From positions 1 through 33,462 of the forward strand of contig CAZJVM010000028.1 in assembly GCA_964549305.1 (NCBI GenBank): a stretch of DNA of 33,462 nt. Direction: 5' to 3'. Both the position numbers and the translations under genes were made by a program. Of this stretch, positions 19,160-26,960 are shown piece by piece. The first letter of the stretch is position 1. Every line of letters begins with the position of its first letter. This DNA is from an uncultured bacterium. GTDB lineage: Bacteria > Schekmanbacteria > GWA2-38-11 > J061. The notes beneath the pieces were generated by a model, which ran no database searches, was not told the origin of the DNA, and saw only the letters and a list, made by a program, of their open reading frames with translations.

Positions 19160-19390
19160 TGTATTCCCTCTCTTTTATAGTTAGTAGTTCATTTGCCATG
19201 CAAATCAATTAAGCTGATTCTTCCCTTTAACAACACACACACGATTAGTCAACGAAAAACAAACATATGTTCAATCGTTCATATGAATATTTTACTAAAA
19301 TGTTCAATCCGGGTAATCTTAAAAAATCGTAAATTAAATATTTACAGGATGTAAAGATTTGTTAAATTATTCAAAAATTAGTTGATATGT

Positions 19391-20149
19391 CTAAAGTCTC
19401 GCTCCTCCGGTAACTTCTATTGTTTGACCGGTAATAAATGATGCCTCTTCCGATGCGAGAAAAAGAGCGCAGTTTGCCACATCTATCGGTTGTCCTACGC
19501 GACCAAGGGGATATCTGAATTCGCAGTCAGCTTTAAGTGCTTCCCATTCTTCTTTGGATATCTGTGATTTGATGCTTTCCGTTTCAATGAGCGCCGGCGC
19601 AATGGCATTTACATTTATATTGTATGGCCCGAGATATGTGGCGCAGGATCTTGTAAACCCCTCGATTCCCGCCTTTGTTGATGAGTAGATGAGCTGAATC
19701 GCGTTGCCCCTTCTCGAAAGAGAAGACATATTTACTATTTTTCCGAATCGCCTTTCCATCATTCCCTTTGCCGCTTCACGTGTGCAGATGTAAAAGGATT
19801 TTAAATTCAGGTCAATGCACTTATTCCAGTTTTCGGAGTTTATTTCGTCAAGTCCCTTCATTATGTCAAAGTCATAACCAACATTGTTTACGAGTATGTC
19901 TATCTGCCCGTATGTCTTTATGCTTTTGTCAATCATCGCTACAAGCTCATCTTCCTTGAAGGCATCTGCAAGAATGAATGTTGCCTCGCCACCTTTTGCT
20001 TTTATTCCTTCAACTATTTTGTTTCCGCCTTCTTCATTGATATCGGTTACAACTACCTTTGAGCCTTCTTCTGCGTATTTTTCAGCAATAGCACCTCCGA
20101 TAGCGCCTGCCGCGCCTGTCACGACTGTAATTTTATCCTTTAGTCTCAT
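19391..20149 (-). CDS. Short-chain dehydrogenase/reductase (classical, probably NAD-preferring)
   Basis: Start MRLKDK at 20149 with AGGAGG RBS; TGAAGAIG, Asp after beta-2 (TDIN), NNVG, YSSTK. Confidence 0.92.
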   Translation of the reverse strand: MRLKDKITVVTGAAGAIGGAIAEKYAEEGSKVVVTDINEEGGNKIVEGIKAKGGEATFILADAFKEDELVAMIDKSIKTYGQIDILVNNVGYDFDIMKGLDEINSENWNKCIDLNLKSFYICTREAAKGMMERRFGKIVNMSSLSRRGNAIQLIYSSTKAGIEGFTRSCATYLGPYNINVNAIAPALIETESIKSQISKEEWEALKADCEFRYPLGRVGQPIDVANCALFLASEEASFITGQTIEVTGGARL

Positions 20150-20428
20150 CGATTCCTCCTTTTGTTTTGTGTGTAGAGAACTATCTTTATAAGATGCGCG
20201 TAAAATAGAAAACCTTCTCTGAAAAATCAAGTCATATGTTCAAATGCCGTCAAAAAAAAACAATATCTCTGCAGAAATGCCGGAGAAAATTCTGAATTTG
20301 CCGCAATTTTTATCCTTGATAATTTTTCATCAAAGATTAATAACAAGTTGAACAATTGTTAAAAGTTTTCAATCCTTCAATAAAAGCTAAAAAATCTGAA
20401 TCAATCTTAATAAGGAAGGGAGAGTTTT

Positions 20429-21100
20429 ATGAGTCTTTCAAGCGATTATGCTAAACAGTTAATGGAAAAAGTTGAATTCGAGCGTGATATTCTCGGATTT
20501 AAAGTGACCGACGAAGAGCCGAAAAATATTCCCTACTATGGCGATGATATGAGTATGATGTGCGCAATCGCCGCGGAAGCATGGGAAAAAGAGGGTCCCT
20601 TTTATTTTACGAGAAACAACTGTGTTTGCGGGGGAACCCTTTACGGGGGTATAGGCACGAGGAAAGTCCCCAAGGAAGAGCGGGAAGCGGGAATGAGCGT
20701 ATTGTTTGGCGAAGGCGCGCCTTATGGCGATAAAAAGGTTTTTAGAAAAATCGGGCAACAGATTCAAAAGCATTTCAAGCACCATAAATATCTTATAGTA
20801 GGTAAGCTTAAAGATATGGAAGAACCGCCTGACCTTGTGCATTTTGTCGGCAACGCAAATCAGATTTACCGCCTCACGAAGGCATATACTTGGGAAACGG
20901 GAACAGTTGTTCAGGGAATGTCCGGTACTTCGTGGTGCGCGATGGCGCTTCCCAAGCCATTTCTTGAAAAGGGTATTACATTCACTCTTGGCGACCACGG
21001 CGGAAGAAGTCTTATGGGGATAAAAGATTACGAACTTTTCTGCGTTATGCACTTTGACCTTGTTCCCATGATTATTAAAAATCTGGACAAAGCCCTTTAA
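20429..21100 (+). CDS. DUF169 family protein
   Basis: ILGFK...MMC...NCVCGG...G, PDLVHFVGNANQIYRL, SWC, LGDHGGR...IKDYEL layout. Confidence 0.7.
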   Translation: MSLSSDYAKQLMEKVEFERDILGFKVTDEEPKNIPYYGDDMSMMCAIAAEAWEKEGPFYFTRNNCVCGGTLYGGIGTRKVPKEEREAGMSVLFGEGAPYGDKKVFRKIGQQIQKHFKHHKYLIVGKLKDMEEPPDLVHFVGNANQIYRLTKAYTWETGTVVQGMSGTSWCAMALPKPFLEKGITFTLGDHGGRSLMGIKDYELFCVMHFDLVPMIIKNLDKAL

Positions 21101-21126
21101 TTTAAACCTTTTACGATGGTGACATT

Positions 21127-21912
21127 ATGGCTATTTGTAAAACCTGCAAGGAAGCGATTACCGGCAAAGAGCCGATTATTGTTGATGAACTTGATTTTTG
21201 TTCGGATTATTGTGTTGAATTTTACAGAACAAAGATGAAGCTTCTTGCCGAACAGGGCTCAATGTATATTGAAAAGCTCGGACCCATCGGTGATGAGTTC
21301 ATAAATATGTGCCGCAAGTGCGGGCTTACGAAATTCTGTTTCGGAAAAAAAGAGTTCAATGCTTCCTACGAAGAAGAAACCCACGAATGGTTAAAGGGAA
21401 AATGGTGCTGTCATTCCGTGTGCAACCTCAGCACAATGCTATCAGACGGAACAGTGCCTCCTGAAACGGTTAAGAAAATAATGCGCTTCGCGGAGCAGTT
21501 AAGGGATTCATCGGGCGCGAGAACGGTTTTTCCATCTCTTCTCGATAAGGCAATCAGCAATATGGGAGTTGATTTAAATTACAGGAAAATGGAAGAAAAT
21601 CTTCCCGAACCCCGTCCCGCGGTAACGGACCATTATATGGCCTGCGTGCTCTGCGATGAAGAGACAGTTGAACAGTGCCTTGATATATCAGCTCAGGCAA
21701 GGGAGAATCTCGAGTTTGTCCAGCAAAACTGCAACAAACAGTGGTGCGGACACGCTCAATATGCCCTTGCAAGCGCGCTTCTCGGTGAAAAACTCAATCG
21801 AGGCAATGTGAAGGAATTTATAGAAAACGCTGAAAAGATAGCTGAAGAGAAGGGCGAACCGGGAGTGACACACCGCTCATACTATCTCGCTCTGGGACGC
21901 GGCATACAATAA
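21127..21912 (+). CDS. Cys-rich hypothetical protein: N-terminal TRASH-like finger plus two copies of an unrecognised Cys4/His domain
   Basis: CKTC-x17-CSDYC; repeats CRKC-x5-C-x21-WCCH and CVLC-x7-C-x21-WCGH; 15 Cys in 261 aa. Confidence 0.8.
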   Translation: MAICKTCKEAITGKEPIIVDELDFCSDYCVEFYRTKMKLLAEQGSMYIEKLGPIGDEFINMCRKCGLTKFCFGKKEFNASYEEETHEWLKGKWCCHSVCNLSTMLSDGTVPPETVKKIMRFAEQLRDSSGARTVFPSLLDKAISNMGVDLNYRKMEENLPEPRPAVTDHYMACVLCDEETVEQCLDISAQARENLEFVQQNCNKQWCGHAQYALASALLGEKLNRGNVKEFIENAEKIAEEKGEPGVTHRSYYLALGRGIQ

Positions 21913-21962
21913 ATTAACAAGCGCGATCATCTTGTGATTGTCTTTTTTTAGAGGATGGAAAT

Positions 21963-22769
21963 ATGACGGTGAATTGCAGAAGATTAGAAAACAAAAATGC
22001 CATTGTGCTTGGCGGAGGAAGCGGAATAGGAAAAGCGGGAGCAATCCGCATGGCGCGGGAAGGCGCGAATATCGTAATCGGAGATATCGTAAAAGAGCGC
22101 GTTGAGAGTGCAGTTACGGAAGTTCAAAAATCCGGAGGGAAATCTGTCGGATTTGTCGTTGATTCTTCTATTCCCGATGAGGTTATAAAATTTTCAAATG
22201 ATGCCATATCGGCAATGGAGCATATTGACATACTTGTGTACAGTGCCGGAGTGGGCGACAAGAATGACACAATAATGGATCAAACCCTCAAAAAGTGGCA
22301 ATGGGTGTTCGATGTGAATCTTACGGGAATGTTTCTTTCATCTCAGATTATCGGAAAACATATGGTTGAAAAAGGAATCAGAGGGAAAATAATAACCTTT
22401 GCCTCGACAATGGGAAAAAGCCCGCAGGGGGGAGGCGGAGGCGCGTATGTCTCATCGAAAGCCGCTGTGATTGGTTTTACAAAGGCGCTTGCCTGTGAAC
22501 TGGCAATAAACGAAATAAATGTAAACTGCATCTGTCCCGGATTGATTGATACTCCCATATGGCATAGCGGTGACAAATCGGTAGATATGCCTGAAGGCAG
22601 TATGGTCAAGATGGTTGCCGAGCAGTCGATGATGTCGGGACAACTTCCCATTCAGCGTGTAGGCAAGCCCGAGGATTTGGCTGCGGGAATCGCTTTTCTT
22701 GCTTCGTCGGATTCAGACTATATTACGGGGCAGGCAATAAATATATGCGGGGGCCTTGAATTTCATTGA
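21963..22769 (+). CDS. Short-chain dehydrogenase/reductase (classical, probably NAD-preferring)
   Basis: GGGSGIG, GDIV, SAG, YVSSK, CPGLIDT, YITGQAINICGG. Confidence 0.92.
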   Translation: MTVNCRRLENKNAIVLGGGSGIGKAGAIRMAREGANIVIGDIVKERVESAVTEVQKSGGKSVGFVVDSSIPDEVIKFSNDAISAMEHIDILVYSAGVGDKNDTIMDQTLKKWQWVFDVNLTGMFLSSQIIGKHMVEKGIRGKIITFASTMGKSPQGGGGGAYVSSKAAVIGFTKALACELAINEINVNCICPGLIDTPIWHSGDKSVDMPEGSMVKMVAEQSMMSGQLPIQRVGKPEDLAAGIAFLASSDSDYITGQAINICGGLEFH

Positions 22770-22820
22770 AATGTTGATGATTGTAAATGTATGCCTGTAA
22801 TCTTTGAACTGTGTGAATCA

Positions 22821-22851
22821 GCGCCGGGGCGTACCCCGGGCCACTTTTTTT
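22821..22851 (+). terminator. Putative intrinsic terminator between convergent genes
   Basis: CCGGGG-cgta-CCCCGG hairpin followed shortly by a T7 tract. Confidence 0.55.
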
Positions 22852-23569
22852 AGAATAATGTTTTGATTGAAAGTTCTGCCAATTCTTCGCCTACCGCCTT
22901 TACCATCATTATTCCGCCGGGGTCTTTTTCCCTGAAGTTCAGCCGAATGGCATCCCTTTTTTCATTGAGGCGTTTCATATATTCGGGGTCGGCTGGTTCG
23001 TCTTTTTTCCAGAGATCAACATAAATGTTGAAGTAGTTCATTGTAATTTCCATCAGATTGTTTTGTGACTCCTTTGTGCTCGGGGCAATGCTTCCTGTTA
23101 TGCAGTAAGGAGATATGAGCGCATTAAACCAGTTAGGGTTTCTTTCCTGGGAACCTTTAAAAACGTCTATTCCCTTTGAATAGGCGTCCTCAAGTGGTTC
23201 GAGATATTTTTCCATATAAGGGATATCGACTATGCAGTCTGCTGTCGGATAAAAGTCGGCGATGAAGTAACTCCCCTTTTTATTCTCTGCCCAATAGGAG
23301 GAAAAAATAGGAAGCGAGTGCTCATCGTCTGGAAAAATCATCAGCGCGTAGGACATAAGCATATCCCTGAAATTCTGAAAACCTATGCAAATCTTTTCAA
23401 ATTTCGGCGCCTTGTAGAGATACTTGTAGCTTGAAAAACCTTCTCCTTTAAGGTCCCACAAAGGTGTGATATCCATGCCCTTATATGTTGTCTGCTTTTC
23501 GCCTCCGAAAACTTTTATGGCTTCTTCCATTGTTTCCATATAGGGCGGAAATGAATATTCTTCAGTCAT
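22850..23569 (-). CDS. FDBR/RCC-reductase fold protein, copy 2
   Basis: YKAPKFEKI, MIFPDDEHSLPIFSSY, ADFYP, WFNALISPY, EKDPGG.MMVKAVGEELAE...TLF. Colinear with copy 1. Confidence 0.75.
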   Translation of the reverse strand: MTEEYSFPPYMETMEEAIKVFGGEKQTTYKGMDITPLWDLKGEGFSSYKYLYKAPKFEKICIGFQNFRDMLMSYALMIFPDDEHSLPIFSSYWAENKKGSYFIADFYPTADCIVDIPYMEKYLEPLEDAYSKGIDVFKGSQERNPNWFNALISPYCITGSIAPSTKESQNNLMEITMNYFNIYVDLWKKDEPADPEYMKRLNEKRDAIRLNFREKDPGGIMMVKAVGEELAELSIKTLF

Positions 23570-23693
23570 TTTTTATCTCCTGCATTCAGATTGTGAAAAT
23601 AGAACACTAAAACAATTCGTTCAAAGAATGAGCTGTCAGTTTCCAATTTTTTTTTATTTTGTCAAAGGAAAAATAACCGGAATAAATTTTGTT

Positions 23694-23894
23694 TTATTTC
23701 TTTTTAGTTTCAGAGGGCTTATTGACAGTCTCTTGTCCCTTGCCGCTTCTGTTTTCCTCTTCGATTATTTTATATTTCGTTTCCTCGAGGTTTTCAAACT
23801 GGTCGGTCTTAACCGCCCATATAAAAAAAAGCCATCCTCCTATTCCCATAGTGAGGCAAAGAAAAAAAAGAAGAAATATTGTCCAGATTTCCAT
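23694..23894 (-). CDS. ccoS: cbb3-type cytochrome oxidase assembly protein CcoS/FixS
   Basis: One TM helix then FIWAVKTDQFENLEE.KYKII (CcoS signature). Start moved to MEIW at 23894. Confidence 0.8.
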   Translation of the reverse strand: MEIWTIFLLFFLCLTMGIGGWLFFIWAVKTDQFENLEETKYKIIEEENRSGKGQETVNKPSETKKK

Positions 23895-24189
23895 AATTAA
23901 GAAGATATCATAAACATAAAAAAGGAGGTGATAAAAACTGAAAAAAATTTGCCGCAACTATGAAAAAAAGTCCGGTGACGACTTTGGAGTCTTTCCGGCT
24001 TTGAGATTTCCGGTTAGTAATCGTTATAGGGGTGCACTCGAAGGCGCGCGCATCGGATAAAGGCATATTGTGCAATTAGTTGAATTTTTAGCAAATGACG
24101 GTTATAAGTAAAAAAGATTATTTTTATCAGCTTTAGAAGAGCAGAAGGTTAAAAAATATGAGTGAGAAAATCGAAGGTCAGGTGCAGTT

Positions 24190-25512
24190 GTGAGCGGTAG
24201 CGCGGAAGCAGACGAAAACGAGTCAAAAATATCACTTCTTTTCAGATCCCTTCGCCACAGGAATTACCGGCTTTTTTTTATGGGACAGTGTATTTCCCTT
24301 ATTGGCGTGTGGATGCAGCAGATTGCCATAGGTTGGCTTGTTTACAGGATTACGGAGTCAGCGCTTCTGCTGGGCGTAATATCCTTTGCAAGCCAGTTTC
24401 CAAGCTTCATACTCTCGCCTTTTGCAGGAGTTTTGGCAGATAAGTTCGACAGAAGAAAAATCATACTTCTTTGCCAGATACTTGCGATGATTCAGGCGCT
24501 CACATTATCTCTGCTTACATTCACTAATCTTATAAACACCGGATATCTTATTGCGCTGAGCATATTTATCGGCATCATAATCGCGGTTGAAATGCCTACA
24601 AGGCAGTCCTTTGTCCTTGATTTGATTGAAAAGCGCGAAGACCTCGCAAATGCCATTGCCCTCAACTCATCTATGTTTAATGCCGCGCGTCTTCTGGGTC
24701 CGACTATTGCGGGATTGATTATCGCTGCGGCAGGAGAAGGGCTTTGTTTCTTTGTTAACGGGATTTCATATATCGCGGTCATAATTTCTCTTATGATGAT
24801 TCGCCTGCCGCAAAAGGAGAAAGACTCTTATACATCGAATGTGTTCAAGGGGCTTAAGGAAGGGATTTCCTATTCTTTCGGATTTTTCCCTATTAAGTCA
24901 ATTTTGCTTCTTGTGGGGCTTATAAGTCTGATGGGAATGCCTTATCTTGTGCTGATGCCCGTTTTCGCGAGAGATATTTTAAAAGGAGGTCCCGATACGC
25001 TCGGTTTTCTTATGGGGGCATCGGGACTCGGTGCTTTTGCGGGAGCGATTTACCTTGCAATGAGAAAATCGGTAATGGGGCTTGCAAAGATAATTTCCAA
25101 CTATTCTCTCATTTTTTCTGCGGGAATAATTGTCTTCTCGATTTCAAATGTATTCTGGATTTCCATGATTATGATGTTCATAACCGGATATGCGATAATT
25201 CTCCAGATGGCATCGAGCAACACTCTGTTGCAGACTATCGCCGATGATAACAGACGGGGAAGGGTTATGAGCTTTTTTACAATGGCGATGATGGGAATGT
25301 CTCCCATCGGCAGTTTCCTCGCGGGCGCTATGGCTAACAGGATAGGGGCGCAGTTGTCCGTGCTTATATGCGGAATAGTCTGTTTTTCGGGTACGCTTCT
25401 TTTTACAAAGAATCTTCCCAAATGGAGGCGTGAAGTGAAACCCGTATATGAAAAAATAGGAATTATCCGGACAGCGGGAAACAATGAGGAAGCACCGGTA
25501 GGTAAAGTATAA
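24190..25512 (+). CDS. MFS transporter (MFS_3/DHA3-like)
   Basis: SLRHRNYRLFFMGQ, GVLADKFDRRK, AIALNSSMFNAARLLGP, RGRVMS; about 12 TM segments. Confidence 0.92.
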   Translation: MSGSAEADENESKISLLFRSLRHRNYRLFFMGQCISLIGVWMQQIAIGWLVYRITESALLLGVISFASQFPSFILSPFAGVLADKFDRRKIILLCQILAMIQALTLSLLTFTNLINTGYLIALSIFIGIIIAVEMPTRQSFVLDLIEKREDLANAIALNSSMFNAARLLGPTIAGLIIAAAGEGLCFFVNGISYIAVIISLMMIRLPQKEKDSYTSNVFKGLKEGISYSFGFFPIKSILLLVGLISLMGMPYLVLMPVFARDILKGGPDTLGFLMGASGLGAFAGAIYLAMRKSVMGLAKIISNYSLIFSAGIIVFSISNVFWISMIMMFITGYAIILQMASSNTLLQTIADDNRRGRVMSFFTMAMMGMSPIGSFLAGAMANRIGAQLSVLICGIVCFSGTLLFTKNLPKWRREVKPVYEKIGIIRTAGNNEEAPVGKV

Positions 25513-25541
25513 AAAATCTTTAAAGAAAATCAGGTAAAAAT

Positions 25542-26903
25542 ATGAAAAATCTATGTTCTGAAATTTTAACAATCCGCAAGTTAATGTATCAGGCAGTTTT
25601 TTTACTTCTTTTTTCAGCAGTCATTTTACCTCAATCATTTGCCATCGAATGCAACGGAATTGAAGCGACTATTGTGGGCACCGAAGGAAACGACGTCATA
25701 TCCGGCACATACACAACTGATGTAATCGCGGGATTAGGCGGCAATGATTATATACTCGGCAAAGGCGGTGATGATGTCATATGCGGAGGTGACGGCAATG
25801 ACATTCTTGTGGGAAACGACGGCGATGACAAAATTTACGGTGAAGGCGGCAATGATATGCTCGTTGCGAACAAGGGCAATGACATAATCGAAGGAGGGGA
25901 CGGCACGGATGTTTGCGACGGGGGAATAGGCGTCGATGAGGCGGACTGCGAAACACGTAACAATTCCGATCTGAAGGTATATTCCGTCACTCTCAGTGCA
26001 AAGGACGGAACAAAACTTGAAGGCGCTCTTTTTGTGCCCTCGGGAAGGACGAAAAAACTTGCCGTTCTTATGTCGCACGGCACCTTTGGAAATTATAAAA
26101 AGAGTATGTCAGGATGGGTTGGTTTTTATTGGGAACCATACAAGGTGACAACTCTTGTTTTAAACCGCAGAGATAACGGGCCTACGGAAGGAGGAGGTGT
26201 TACATTGTTTGAAGATGCGGTGATGGACATTGCGCCCGGAGTTGATTTTCTCGAAAAGCTCGGATACGAAAAGGTCTTCCTGATGGGACACAGCAAAGGG
26301 ACTCAGATGGTTGCCATTTATCCCGTGTTCTCAAAAGATAAGCGTGTTTCCGCAGTGGGCACTTACGGTACTGTGGCAGACGGGCGTGAATCAATCGAAT
26401 ATGCCATTTTCGGTGACGGTCTGCGTGAAAAACACGAGAAGACCGCGAAAGCCCTTGTGAACGCGGGAAAGGGAGATGAATTGTACGAGTTTATGACTCA
26501 CTGGAAGCAAACCATAAAATTCACACCCAAAAGCTTTTTAAGCTATTACGGCAAGGACACTTTGTCAGTTGTGGAGAGGGAAGGGGAAAAACTGAAAATT
26601 CCCTATCTCATTGCCTGGTGCGGAGGCGACGAAGTAACTCCCCTGAAATGGTCTGAACGTCTTTACAACCATCTGAAGGAAAAAGGAGTAAATGTTTCTT
26701 TCGTTAAACTGCCTGAACCAAAATTGTCCAACCCTCCTCCCGGATACACTTCACATCGTTTTTACGGCAGAGAAGAAGAAGCAATCAAAGCGACCTATGA
26801 GTGGCTGATGAAATATGTGCCCGGGGCAGGCGAAGAGAGAGAAGAGATTAAAGTGCCGGACAACCTGAAAGAATTCGATCCTCCGCTTCATCCCACATCA
26901 TGA
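25542..26903 (+). CDS. Secreted protein: RTX-like Ca-binding repeats fused to an alpha/beta hydrolase
   Basis: Signal-like segment ending QSFA, GGxGxD repeats, then SHG, GHSKG nucleophile elbow, GGDEV and SH candidate triad residues. Confidence 0.82.
   Translation: MKNLCSEILTIRKLMYQAVFLLLFSAVILPQSFAIECNGIEATIVGTEGNDVISGTYTTDVIAGLGGNDYILGKGGDDVICGGDGNDILVGNDGDDKIYGEGGNDMLVANKGNDIIEGGDGTDVCDGGIGVDEADCETRNNSDLKVYSVTLSAKDGTKLEGALFVPSGRTKKLAVLMSHGTFGNYKKSMSGWVGFYWEPYKVTTLVLNRRDNGPTEGGGVTLFEDAVMDIAPGVDFLEKLGYEKVFLMGHSKGTQMVAIYPVFSKDKRVSAVGTYGTVADGRESIEYAIFGDGLREKHEKTAKALVNAGKGDELYEFMTHWKQTIKFTPKSFLSYYGKDTLSVVEREGEKLKIPYLIAWCGGDEVTPLKWSERLYNHLKEKGVNVSFVKLPEPKLSNPPPGYTSHRFYGREEEAIKATYEWLMKYVPGAGEEREEIKVPDNLKEFDPPLHPTS
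25675..25945 (+). repeat. Tandem 27-nt (nonapeptide) hemolysin-type Ca-binding repeats within the CDS
   Basis: GLGGNDYIL GKGGDDVIC GGDGNDILV GNDGDDKIY GEGGNDMLV ANKGNDIIE GGDGTDVCD GGIGVD; boundaries approximate. Confidence 0.85.
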
Positions 26904-26960
26904 CGGTCATCAGAAATTCCAATAATGAACAGGCAGAGTGTTTTCCGGGTTTCCGGAATA

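Noticed and set aside
19229-19242. Short (CA)n run
   Set aside because: It has only about 5 units, too few to argue for phase variation.
17886-23569. Assigning pcyA/pebA/pebB symbols or inferring phototrophy
   Set aside because: Subfamily-diagnostic residues are not matched, and no heme oxygenase or photosynthesis genes are in the window.
23922-23932. AAGGAGGTGAT as the 3' end of a 16S rRNA gene on the minus strand
   Set aside because: The flanking sequence bears no resemblance to 16S rRNA.
24158-24193. 11-codon ORF (MSEKIEGQVQL) overlapping the MFS start
   Set aside because: It is too short to support. It could be chance, translational coupling or a frameshifted N-terminus.
25675-25945. 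Periodic DNA repeats as a possible CRISPR array or VNTR
   Set aside because: They are degenerate 27-nt coding repeats with no constant repeat/unique spacer structure, and there are no cas genes.
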